The translations under genes were made by a program, and so were the position numbers. From Vulcanimicrobiota bacterium (lineage in GTDB: Bacteria; Vulcanimicrobiota; Vulcanimicrobiia; Eremiobacterales; Eremiobacteraceae), in NCBI GenBank assembly GCA_963812135.1, contig CAWETU010000005.1, positions 224,001-288,000 on the forward strand: a DNA stretch of 64,000 nt, given 5' to 3'. Below, piece by piece: positions 56,168 through 64,000 of the stretch (positions are counted from its first letter, which is position 1; every line of letters begins with the position of its first letter). Under the pieces are notes generated by a model. The model was not told the origin of the DNA. It was given only the letters and a program-made list of their open reading frames with translations, and did not search any database.

Positions 56168-57274
56168 ATGGCGACCGTCACCGCCCACGACGCGATCGTA
56201 GGACCCGAGCGCAGCTCCGGTGCCGAACTCGAGCGGAGCTCGAGTCTTGGTTTTGACTGGGTGATGGCGCTGCTCGGCGGCTTGTTCGTCGGCGGACTGT
56301 ACATCGACGGTTGGGCGCACAACCACCTCGACCGCATCGAGACGTTCTTCACGCCGTGGCACGCGCTGTTCTACGGTTCGTTTCTCTTGTTGGCGATCGT
56401 CTTCGGCGTCTATGTGTTCGCCGGCTTCAACACGAACTTGCGCGAAAAATCGAACCTCATCACGCGCTGGTCCCGCGCGATTCCGCGCGGCTACGAGTGG
56501 TCGGCCGCCGGCGTGGCGCTTTTCTTGCTCGCGGGCGTCGGCGACATGGCGTGGCACCTGCGGTTCGGCATCGAGGTGAGCACCGAAGCGCTGTTGAGCC
56601 CGACGCACCTCGCGCTCGCGACCGGTATGGCACTGATTCTACTGGGACCGTTTCGGGCTGCCGTCGCGCGGGGCGACGACGCAAAGGGCAGCGCGCTCTG
56701 GCCCGCCGTGATTTCGCTGACGCTCATGTATTGCGGCTTGACGTTCATGACGCAGTTCGCGCCGGCGATGGGGCAATGGGGCGTCGGACCGCAACCGCCT
56801 CGCGACCTGGCTGAGATCAGGATCGACCGCAGCATCACCGTGCAATTGCTCGACGCGGCAATTCTTAGCGGCGTCGTGCTGCTCGCGCTGCGCCAGTGGG
56901 GTGCGCGCTTGCCGTTCGGCGCGATCACGGCGATCCTCGTCATCAACTCCCTGCTCATGGAGACGCAACAAGGCGGCAACGAGCAGCTGCTCGGCATCGT
57001 GTTGGCGGGATTGGCGAGCGATACGCTGATCGCGTGGCTGCAGCCATCAACCACCCGCATCGTGCAGCTGCGCTGGGTGGCGTTCGCGGTGCCGTTCCTG
57101 TATTTCGCGGCGCACTACGCGACGTATTGGGTACGCGGCTATCCTATCTATTATAAGGTCCACATCTGGGCCGGCCTGCCGTTCATCGCCGGGCTGATCG
57201 GACTGCTCTTGAGTTTTCTCGCGGTCTCGGCGCCGCTTACGCCGCGCGGCGTGCCTGCAGATACGCGAGCATGA
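56168..57274 (+). CDS. Multi-TM hypothetical membrane protein
   Basis: GLYIDGWAH...ETFFTPWHA...GDMAWH..FGIE....LLSPTH. Confidence 0.85.
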   Translation: MATVTAHDAIVGPERSSGAELERSSSLGFDWVMALLGGLFVGGLYIDGWAHNHLDRIETFFTPWHALFYGSFLLLAIVFGVYVFAGFNTNLREKSNLITRWSRAIPRGYEWSAAGVALFLLAGVGDMAWHLRFGIEVSTEALLSPTHLALATGMALILLGPFRAAVARGDDAKGSALWPAVISLTLMYCGLTFMTQFAPAMGQWGVGPQPPRDLAEIRIDRSITVQLLDAAILSGVVLLALRQWGARLPFGAITAILVINSLLMETQQGGNEQLLGIVLAGLASDTLIAWLQPSTTRIVQLRWVAFAVPFLYFAAHYATYWVRGYPIYYKVHIWAGLPFIAGLIGLLLSFLAVSAPLTPRGVPADTRA

Positions 57275-58335
57275 ACTGATCGAGATCGCCGTCTAAGACG
57301 CGCTGCGCGTCTGAGATCTTGACCTCGGTGCGATGGTCGTTGACCATCGTGTACGGCTGAAGCGTGTACGATCTGATCTGACTGCCCCATTCGATCGCGC
57401 TCTTCTGGCCGCTCAGCTGCGCCAGCTTCGCGGCTTGCTCGTCGCGGCGGCGCTGCGCGAGTTTGGCGGCGAGCATCTTCATCGCGCGGTTGCGATTCGC
57501 CAGCTGCGAACGCTCGTTCTGGACGGCGACGATGATGCCGGACGGCTTGTGCGTGATGCGGATGGCGCTTTCAGTCTTGTTGACGTACTGGCCGCCCGCG
57601 CCGCCGCTCTTGTACGTCTCGACCTCGAGCTCGTCGGGCTTGATCTCGACCGCTTCGTCGCCCTCTTCGATGTCCGGCGTGACGTCAACGGATGCGAACG
57701 ACGTGTGTCGGCGCTTGTTGGCGTCGTATGGCGAGATGCGCACTAGCCGGTGAACGCCGCGCTCGCTCTCAAGGTAGCCGTACGCGTTGCGGCCTTCGAT
57801 CACCAGCGTCGCGCTCTTGAGCCCGGCCTCTTCGCCTTCGAGACTGTCGACGATCTCAGTGCGGTAGCCGTGACGCTCGGCCCAACGGATGTACATGCGC
57901 AGCAGCATTTCCGCCCAATCGCACGCCTCGGTCCCCCCGGCACCCGCGTGAATCGTCAAGATGGCACCGTGGCTGTCGAATTCTCCATCGAGAATCGCGG
58001 TCGTCTCGGCCGCATCAAGATCGGTCCGCAAAACGACAAGCGCCGCGGTGACCTCGGCTTCGAGGGCGGTGCCGCCTTCGTCTAGGGCGACATATTCAGC
58101 GAGCTCCGCCGCCCGAGATTCCAAGCGCGCCAAGGGCTCGACCTCCGATTTGAGGTCGGCCAGGTGTTTCATGTGCTTTTGCGCGGTGTGGGGATCGTTC
58201 CAGAAGTCGGCGGCGTGCGATTCGGTCTCGAGCCGCGTTATCTCGCGCTGTTTGCCGGCATAGTCAAAGCCGCACCTGAAGGGTCTTCAGGCGATCGGTG
58301 ATGCGGTCGAGGTCGGTGCGCAGTTGTTCGTTCAC
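57237..58335 (-). CDS. prfB: Peptide chain release factor 2 with programmed +1 frameshift
   Basis: GTG start at 58335 and AGGTG-CGG-CTT-TGA-C shift site at 58263-58277. GGTEACDW, SPY tripeptide, GGQ and WGSQIRSY. Confidence 0.97.
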
Positions 58336-58410
58336 GAGATTAAACGTTCGCTGCCGGGACCAGAAAAACTGCACCCGTGCGGCCAGGTGATCAGGGCAGG
58401 TGCGCGCCTA

Positions 58411-58980
58411 CTAGGACGTCGGGCTGTCTATGTCGCGCCACTTGTCGACGAGCGGCATGCGCGCGACGCCCGCCGGATAGTTACCGCCTGGATGGGCCGC
58501 AAGCCATTCCTTGGCTTGCACCGCCATGTACTCAAATGATTCGAACGAAGTGTTCACGCCGCCGGAGCCCACCGCCAAAAGTGCGACGACGGGCTCGAGC
58601 TGCTGCCAAAATGAGGCGATCATGGCGGCGCTCGCGATCATGAATGCGCGCCGATCGATGGCACCCATGCGATAGTAGGACCCCCACTGGTCGAAGAAAT
58701 TCGCGATCTTTATCTCGGGATGTCGCTCGCGATCGAGGGCGCCGTCACGAAGCTCTGCGCGGAACGCCGGATCTTTAAGCCGCTCGGCGAGTTCTGCGCG
58801 CACGAAATGAAACGCATCGGCTAACTCGGCGCCTTCGTACATCTGAAAAAAGGTCTGCCAGGCCGTGAGCTGATTGGCAGAGCGCAGATGCTGGAGCTGT
58901 ATCAGCGCGGCGATCGCCGTTAGCGCGATCACGATGAATGTGCCGATCTGCGCGATCGCAGACCAAACCTCGATCGTCAG
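58411..58980 (-). CDS. DUF4760-like protein with N-terminal TM anchor (apparent CTG start)
   Basis: LTIEVWSAIAQIGTFIVIALTAIAALIQLQHLR...FEYMA...YPAG. Paralog of 7299-7862. Confidence 0.8.
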   Translation of the reverse strand: MTIEVWSAIAQIGTFIVIALTAIAALIQLQHLRSANQLTAWQTFFQMYEGAELADAFHFVRAELAERLKDPAFRAELRDGALDRERHPEIKIANFFDQWGSYYRMGAIDRRAFMIASAAMIASFWQQLEPVVALLAVGSGGVNTSFESFEYMAVQAKEWLAAHPGGNYPAGVARMPLVDKWRDIDSPTS

Positions 58981-58989
58981 TGGCCGCCC

Positions 58990-59382
58990 CTAATGGCGCG
59001 CAAGCTGCGTGAGCTGAATGAGGTTGCCGCAGCTGTCATTCAGCATCGTAATGGTCGCGAAGGTCACGTCGGTGGGCGGCATCGTGAACTCGGCGCCGCG
59101 GGCCTTGATCCGCTCGTAGTCGCTCTTGACGTCGTGGGTGAAGAACATCGCCGCGGGCAGGCCCTGTTGGAACATCGCCTGCTGATACGCTTTCGCCGCG
59201 GGGTTGTTGTTCAGCGCCAACTGCAATTCAGTGCCGTCCGATTCCTCGGGCGAGACCACGGTCAGCCACCGATATGGGCCCTGACTGACATCGGCCTTCT
59301 TGGCAAAACCCAGTACCTCTGTGTAGAAGCGCAGCGCCTTGTCCTGATCGTCCACGTAGAGGTTGCTCAATTTGATTTTCAT
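58990..59382 (-). CDS. VOC/glyoxalase family protein
   Basis: YVDDQDKALRFYTEVLGF...RWLTV...DSCGNLIQL. Confidence 0.95.
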   Translation of the reverse strand: MKIKLSNLYVDDQDKALRFYTEVLGFAKKADVSQGPYRWLTVVSPEESDGTELQLALNNNPAAKAYQQAMFQQGLPAAMFFTHDVKSDYERIKARGAEFTMPPTDVTFATITMLNDSCGNLIQLTQLARH

Positions 59383-59398
59383 ATCGTTTTTCTAGCGG

Positions 59399-59815
59399 CT
59401 AGCGTCGGCGAGCCAATGTGTTCAGCCCCACAGCGTCGCGGACGAGCGTCTTGAAGGCGGCTTCGTCAATTTTGTCGCCTTCATGCAGGTCGATCGCACG
59501 CCTGACGTTGCCCTCGAGGCTGGAGTTGAAGAGCTTCTTAGGATCGTTCAGCTGAGCGCCCTTGGCAAATGTCAGCTTGACCACTTCCTTATAAGTCTCG
59601 CCCGTGCAGATGATCCCGTCGTGAGACCACACGGGAACGCCTCGCCACTTCCACTCTTCGATAACCCCGGGATCGGCTTTTTTGATCAGGGAGCGCATCC
59701 GCGCCAGCGTCTTGCCACGCCAGTCGTCCAGCTCCTTGATCCGCGCGTCTATCAACCGAGATGGTGACTTGCCATTCTGCGAAGTGCTGTTCGTACTTTT
59801 CTTCAATGTCTTCAC
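59399..59815 (-). CDS. DUF1801 (YdhG-like) protein
   Basis: DWRG.TL..MRSLI..ADP...EEWKW.GVPVW...KLTFAKGA. AGGAG RBS before GTG 59815. Confidence 0.92.
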   Translation of the reverse strand: MKTLKKSTNSTSQNGKSPSRLIDARIKELDDWRGKTLARMRSLIKKADPGVIEEWKWRGVPVWSHDGIICTGETYKEVVKLTFAKGAQLNDPKKLFNSSLEGNVRRAIDLHEGDKIDEAAFKTLVRDAVGLNTLARRR

Positions 59816-60031
59816 GCCTGTTTCTCCTGTTGATTTTGTCTTGACCCAGAAAGCGTCCGCCACTTTGCTCATTTGCCCTTCGTCTTCCTACCCAATAACC
59901 ATGACAGCTTTTCCGCAGCCGCTCGCTCGTTTCGATCGACGCATCGTCGGTTAGGAGAGTGGGACTCTCCTATGGAAGGTTGCGATAATCCAGTGCCCTA
60001 AAACAAGCCGCGTCAGTCGAGGAGGAAGCAC

Positions 60032-60616
60032 ATGCATCGACTTGTCGTCGCGCTCTTCATTCTTGTTGGGTTGGAAGGGTGCGGCACCCCTTTAGCACAC
60101 CAGCGAACCGCAAGTGTCTCACCTGAAGAGCATCCGCTTATCCTTGAACGAGACCAAGGTGAGGTTCGCGTTTGGCGGCCGCTCGTCTCGGAACCGCCGG
60201 CTGAGCAGAAACTCGATGAAATCACCCACTTTATGATAAAGGTTGACAGGCAAAACGGAGGTTCACCGGATTTTTGGTTCGGCACGGAGACCTTACCGGT
60301 GGGGGCTGGAATTCCTTATCACCGGCATTTGCGCGAGGACGAAGTATTGTACATCGTTTCCGGAAGCGCACATGTCCATGTGGGTTCCATCGTGGGTGAC
60401 GCACACCCGGGAGCGATAGTTTTCATTCCCAGAGACACGTGGGTATCGGTGCAACCCAATGGTAAGACACCCATTTCGTTGCTTTTCGCTTTTAACGCCC
60501 CGGGCTTTGATCGTTACATGCGGTGTGAAGCGGTGCCCCTAGGGCAGCGTTCACAACCTGTAACGGCGCAGGAGGACCAGAGTTGCACGAAAGCGGGCGA
60601 CGTTCAGTATCGGTGA
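60032..60616 (+). CDS. Cupin-domain lipoprotein
   Basis: GAGGAGG RBS, LEGC lipobox and HRH..EDEV.Y...G...FIPR cupin motifs. Confidence 0.85.
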   Translation: MHRLVVALFILVGLEGCGTPLAHQRTASVSPEEHPLILERDQGEVRVWRPLVSEPPAEQKLDEITHFMIKVDRQNGGSPDFWFGTETLPVGAGIPYHRHLREDEVLYIVSGSAHVHVGSIVGDAHPGAIVFIPRDTWVSVQPNGKTPISLLFAFNAPGFDRYMRCEAVPLGQRSQPVTAQEDQSCTKAGDVQYR

Positions 60617-60639
60617 AGGTTGATGTCGTCGCCCGCGTG

Positions 60640-61464
60640 TCAGATGGCTGGCCGGCGCGCCCATGTCTCAATGATTCGAGGCCCGCTCAGCACCGTATTT
60701 GGATCGCGAGCGAACTCGTACAACTCGACCAGGAGACTTTCGACGTCGGCGCGCGACGCGACGCCTTCGGCGATCACCGCATCTGCTATGTTCTCCAGCG
60801 TGATTGGGGTGATCAGCTTTGTGTCGCCACTCATTCCCGCGTGCTGAACGACGCTCAGGTGTATGTTCTCGAACCCAGCTTGGGACAGCAGTTCCGCCAA
60901 GCGTAGGCCTATATCGGCGTCGCCGTTTCGTCGCCTGAGCGTCTCCGCGTAGACTTTGACGTAGCGGTGGACGGCTGGACTTTCGGGGTGAGAAAACAGC
61001 CCGTGAAAGTTCGTGTCGGCAACGATGACGACTCCGCCGGGTTTGAGGGCCGTTCGGATCTTTGCAAGCGCCGCGCTTGGGTTCCGCAGATGCGTGAGGA
61101 CAAACCTCGCGTGGGCGACGTCGAATTTCTCATGGAGGACGTAATCCTCAAGGTTGGCGACCCGAAAATCCACGTTTGAGATTTGCTGAGCTACGGCTTC
61201 GCCGCGCGCGATGTCGATCTTGACTTCGTCGAGATCGATCGCGACAACCCTACCGTTCGGCGCCACGAGGCGCGCGAGCTCGACTGATACATCGCCGCCT
61301 CCACAACCGACGTCTAAGCAAACCATCCCGGGCGCAACGCCGGCACGTCGCAGCAGGTCCAACGTCGAAAGCCGATGGATGCCGGCGAGGACGCGCAGCC
61401 TTTCTCTTCCAGCAGCTCCGCCGCGGATGATATATGATGGTTTACTGGTTTCCGAGCTGCTCAG
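60640..61464 (-). CDS. Class I SAM-dependent methyltransferase (apparent CTG start)
   Basis: YIIRGG..GRERL, LDVGCGGG, FDVAHARFVLTHL and LKPGG. Confidence 0.92.
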   Translation of the reverse strand: MSSSETSKPSYIIRGGAAGRERLRVLAGIHRLSTLDLLRRAGVAPGMVCLDVGCGGGDVSVELARLVAPNGRVVAIDLDEVKIDIARGEAVAQQISNVDFRVANLEDYVLHEKFDVAHARFVLTHLRNPSAALAKIRTALKPGGVVIVADTNFHGLFSHPESPAVHRYVKVYAETLRRRNGDADIGLRLAELLSQAGFENIHLSVVQHAGMSGDTKLITPITLENIADAVIAEGVASRADVESLLVELYEFARDPNTVLSGPRIIETWARRPAI

Positions 61465-61489
61465 TGCGCCAACCCGCGGAACGTTAGAC

Positions 61490-62026
61490 CTAGTGCTGCT
61501 TCACGTACAGGCCGTTCTCGGCTGTCGGCATCGGCTTGAGCGTCCACGAAGTTCCGTCCGCGTATTCTATCTTTAGGGCGACGCACTGCGGCTTCACTCG
61601 CGGAGTCGCTGGCGGATGGATGCCATACCGTCGTTTGATCTCAGCGCCCGGGGTAAACGTGCCCTGGTCGCGCACCTCCGCGATGAGGATGTCGACAACG
61701 ACGAGCCCGAAGACGACCGTCTTCATCGGCTTGGGCGAAACGTTCGTAAAATCGATGAACAAGCGCGACGGCGAACTTGCCGGCGGTTGGAAGTACGCAA
61801 GCCCGAATGGATCGTCCCAGTAGTACGGCGTAGTTGGATAGTAGCCATCGCTATAACCGACATAGCTCGATGCCGGTTCACCGCCTTGGCCGTAATTGAA
61901 TTGGGCGTCACAGTGCGAGACCTTTACTTGGGCTGCGACCGGCGCGGCGTTCGGTGAAGGGGCGGCCTGACAAATCGCCGGCGTGGAAAACGCGAGCACG
62001 GTAGCAAGCAGCAGCGCTGATCTCAT
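61490..62026 (-). CDS. Secreted hypothetical protein
   Basis: Signal peptide followed by IDFTN....PM..V.FG...VRD.GTF.PG.EI...C....YADG.SW. Confidence 0.8.
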   Translation of the reverse strand: MRSALLLATVLAFSTPAICQAAPSPNAAPVAAQVKVSHCDAQFNYGQGGEPASSYVGYSDGYYPTTPYYWDDPFGLAYFQPPASSPSRLFIDFTNVSPKPMKTVVFGLVVVDILIAEVRDQGTFTPGAEIKRRYGIHPPATPRVKPQCVALKIEYADGTSWTLKPMPTAENGLYVKQH

Positions 62027-62177
62027 CGTCACTCTCCGTTGCGCGCATTTTCCCTTAAGACCGCGGCGATACCCGCAGGGAAGCCGGCGGGCTATTAGTC
62101 CGCCGGCGAGGGGTGCTCGGCGCCAAAGAAAGAACCGGGTTCCACTGAGGACCTTGCTAAGTCAGCGGAGGCGTACT

Positions 62178-63584
62178 ATGGAAAGCTACGGTTCCATCCG
62201 TCGCTACGGCGTAGTTTGCGCGATCGTGATGATCTTGGGTCTGCTGGTTTCCGGGGCCGCGAAACCGGCCGCACAGCCGGCCGGCCATGCTCAATTTGAG
62301 CCGGCATCGGTCGCCGTCCCCGCCGACAGCAACTGCATCCTTCAACCCGAAGGGAACCAAGAACCGAACGAATCGATCCACGTCTATGCGGATGTGGACG
62401 GCGTGGTCCGCTTTCTCGCGGTGCGTCCAACGCTGCCGAACAGCGTCGAGCGGTTGGCGCTCGATTGCACCGATGCCAATGAGCAGACCAAGATCTATTC
62501 CGTTGATCTTCGCTCGGAGGAGACTTTCAAACCGCGCCCGTTTGACGGATCGCGAACGAGTCTGGCGGTTCGGCCAGCACTTACCGGCGACCCGCGTCGC
62601 TTCACGCAGGAAGAATTGCTACGCGCAGGCTATGGACTGCGCCCCGATCCAACGCAGAATCCGGACGCGTACCAAAGATGGCTGGCTGCGGCGAGCGTGC
62701 TGGTATACAAGCTCCGTAGCGATCAAACGTTGGTGTGGTTCCCGATCTCGCGCCAGGCTTTCGAACGGACCGTGGATCCCGCAGAGAGCGTCACAAAGAA
62801 ACCGTCGGTCGGCTGGACCGGGGCCGTCCTTTATGGTTCCTTCCAAAAGAAGGCGACGGCCGCTGAGACGATCAGCTACGGGGCGAGTTCGGCGACTCTC
62901 GTCATCCCGAAGTTGACGCCCGGTCCCACTGCCGCGGCGACGATATGGAACGGGCTCGACAACGTTTTTCAGGCCATCGTCGACGTTACCACGACCCCGA
63001 CAGTCGCATACTTTGGGATTCACCACCAAACGTTTGACAAGCATAGCGGGCATACCGACAACGCAGGAACGAGATTCACTCCTCGGACCGGCGACCACAT
63101 CTCCATCGAGGAGTGGTATTGCAACGCCAAGGGAAACTTGGATCTGAACGGTGGCTACGAGTGCACGAACATGGTCGATATCACCCAACACGCTCAATGG
63201 GAATGCGATAAGGCCACAAGCTCGGACTGCCCGTCCTACAAGCTCAATCCCGAAGACCTGGGCAACGGCAAGCTCGGCTGGCAGACGGAATTCATCATCG
63301 AAGATGACTCCAAGCATGCTGGAGAGTGGCCCATTTTTTCGCCAGTCACGATGCATGGGTCCGCCGATGTGATCAAAGGCGATGGCACCAAGGGGTCCGG
63401 CAGATTCGTGAGCATGAACTACGGGAGTCTTAGCGACCCGAAGATCACCTTATATACCGACAACAATAACAGTAGCCGGCATCTCCACATCACCCTGCCA
63501 AGCGGGGCGGTCAAGTGGGTTCCGACAAAGTGTGGACCCAAAGACAAGTGGGATGCCAATAGCGGAGGCTGCGTTCCCAAGTAA
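62178..63584 (+). CDS. Secreted G1 (eqolisin/glutamic peptidase)-like protein
   Basis: GGAGG RBS, signal peptide, propeptide-like ELLRAGYGLRPDP, WTGAVL, WNGLD, VFQA and TEFIIED. Confidence 0.6.
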   Translation: MESYGSIRRYGVVCAIVMILGLLVSGAAKPAAQPAGHAQFEPASVAVPADSNCILQPEGNQEPNESIHVYADVDGVVRFLAVRPTLPNSVERLALDCTDANEQTKIYSVDLRSEETFKPRPFDGSRTSLAVRPALTGDPRRFTQEELLRAGYGLRPDPTQNPDAYQRWLAAASVLVYKLRSDQTLVWFPISRQAFERTVDPAESVTKKPSVGWTGAVLYGSFQKKATAAETISYGASSATLVIPKLTPGPTAAATIWNGLDNVFQAIVDVTTTPTVAYFGIHHQTFDKHSGHTDNAGTRFTPRTGDHISIEEWYCNAKGNLDLNGGYECTNMVDITQHAQWECDKATSSDCPSYKLNPEDLGNGKLGWQTEFIIEDDSKHAGEWPIFSPVTMHGSADVIKGDGTKGSGRFVSMNYGSLSDPKITLYTDNNNSSRHLHITLPSGAVKWVPTKCGPKDKWDANSGGCVPK

Positions 63585-63661
63585 TAGCCGGATAGAAACG
63601 TCCGGGTCGTCCATTGCGCAAATCGAGGTTTGATAGGATTTCTTCTAAGTATTCCCGCTGT

Positions 63662-64000
63662 TCACGGCGCCGTGATCTGGACCGTGAACGGCGTGACATT
63701 ATCGGTGTCGACGTGATTATGCGGCGCGATGATGAAATCGATCACAGAGCCTTTGTTGATGACTATCGACAAAGAGAATCGCGTCGTCGTTGTATTTGGC
63801 TGCGCGTTGGTGAACTGTATGCCTTTGTCCACCGCGATCGCCGCGTCGATCATCCCGCCTTGTCCACTCGGCCCTCCAATCGTACCGGTGATGTATACGC
63901 GTCCGGCATAGGGACTTGTCCAGCGCCGGATCGCCCACTGTTCGACCTCCAGCCGGCCTTGATTCCCGTTGAGGCCATTCCCGATCATTGAGGTCGCCGA
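63662..64000 (-). CDS. Hypothetical protein, C-terminal part (5' end beyond window)
   Basis: Open frame ending AIRRWTSPYAGRVYITG...GSVIDFIIAP...TVQITAP. Confidence 0.6.
   Translation of the reverse strand, partial: SATSMIGNGLNGNQGRLEVEQWAIRRWTSPYAGRVYITGTIGGPSGQGGMIDAAIAVDKGIQFTNAQPNTTTTRFSLSIVINKGSVIDFIIAPHNHVDTDNVTPFTVQITAP

Noticed and set aside
58263..58277. Internal stop in prfB as a novelty or pseudogene
   Set aside because: It is the well-known autoregulatory CTT-TGA +1 frameshift with an upstream SD-like sequence.
35..63991. Numerous long antisense and alternate-frame ORFs (e.g. 44298-45779, 48057-49223, 32705-33832)
   Set aside because: They are shadows of real genes in high-GC DNA, with Arg/Ala-rich composition and no motifs.

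Overview
This is a GC-rich bacterial chromosome window, mostly encoded on the minus strand. The core gene order is Terrabacteria-like: prfB; udg-rlmN-ABC; glyQS-ppdK-dgt-dnaG-rpoD; modABC; secD-secF...apt-relA-dtd-alr; rpsF-ssb-rpsR-rplI-dnaB. Gene content and style suggest Ca. Eremiobacterota (Vulcanimicrobiota), which is an inference. The standout feature is a compact, divergent flagellar-derived type III export cluster (rod-like gene, fliM-like, fliN, fliP, fliQ, fliR, flhB, flhA; 27611-34209) with several injectisome-like traits and no other flagellar genes in the window. A decayed integrative element sits at tRNA-Thr(CGT) and duplicates the 5' half of the tRNA (4675-7237). Other signals include a perfect Gram-positive LexA box over a STAS gene start, NrdR-like and DnaA-like boxes upstream of dnaB, three GTAG-type REP-like palindromes, and an atypical PQQ dehydrogenase. 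There are also an orphan Imm8-like gene, C11-like and G1-like proteases, and several small secreted Cys-containing proteins. Four single-base insertions (dnaG, rlmN, udg, one secreted paralog) look like sequencing errors, whereas prfB has the normal programmed +1 frameshift. All family calls come from motif recognition by eye; no database searches were run.
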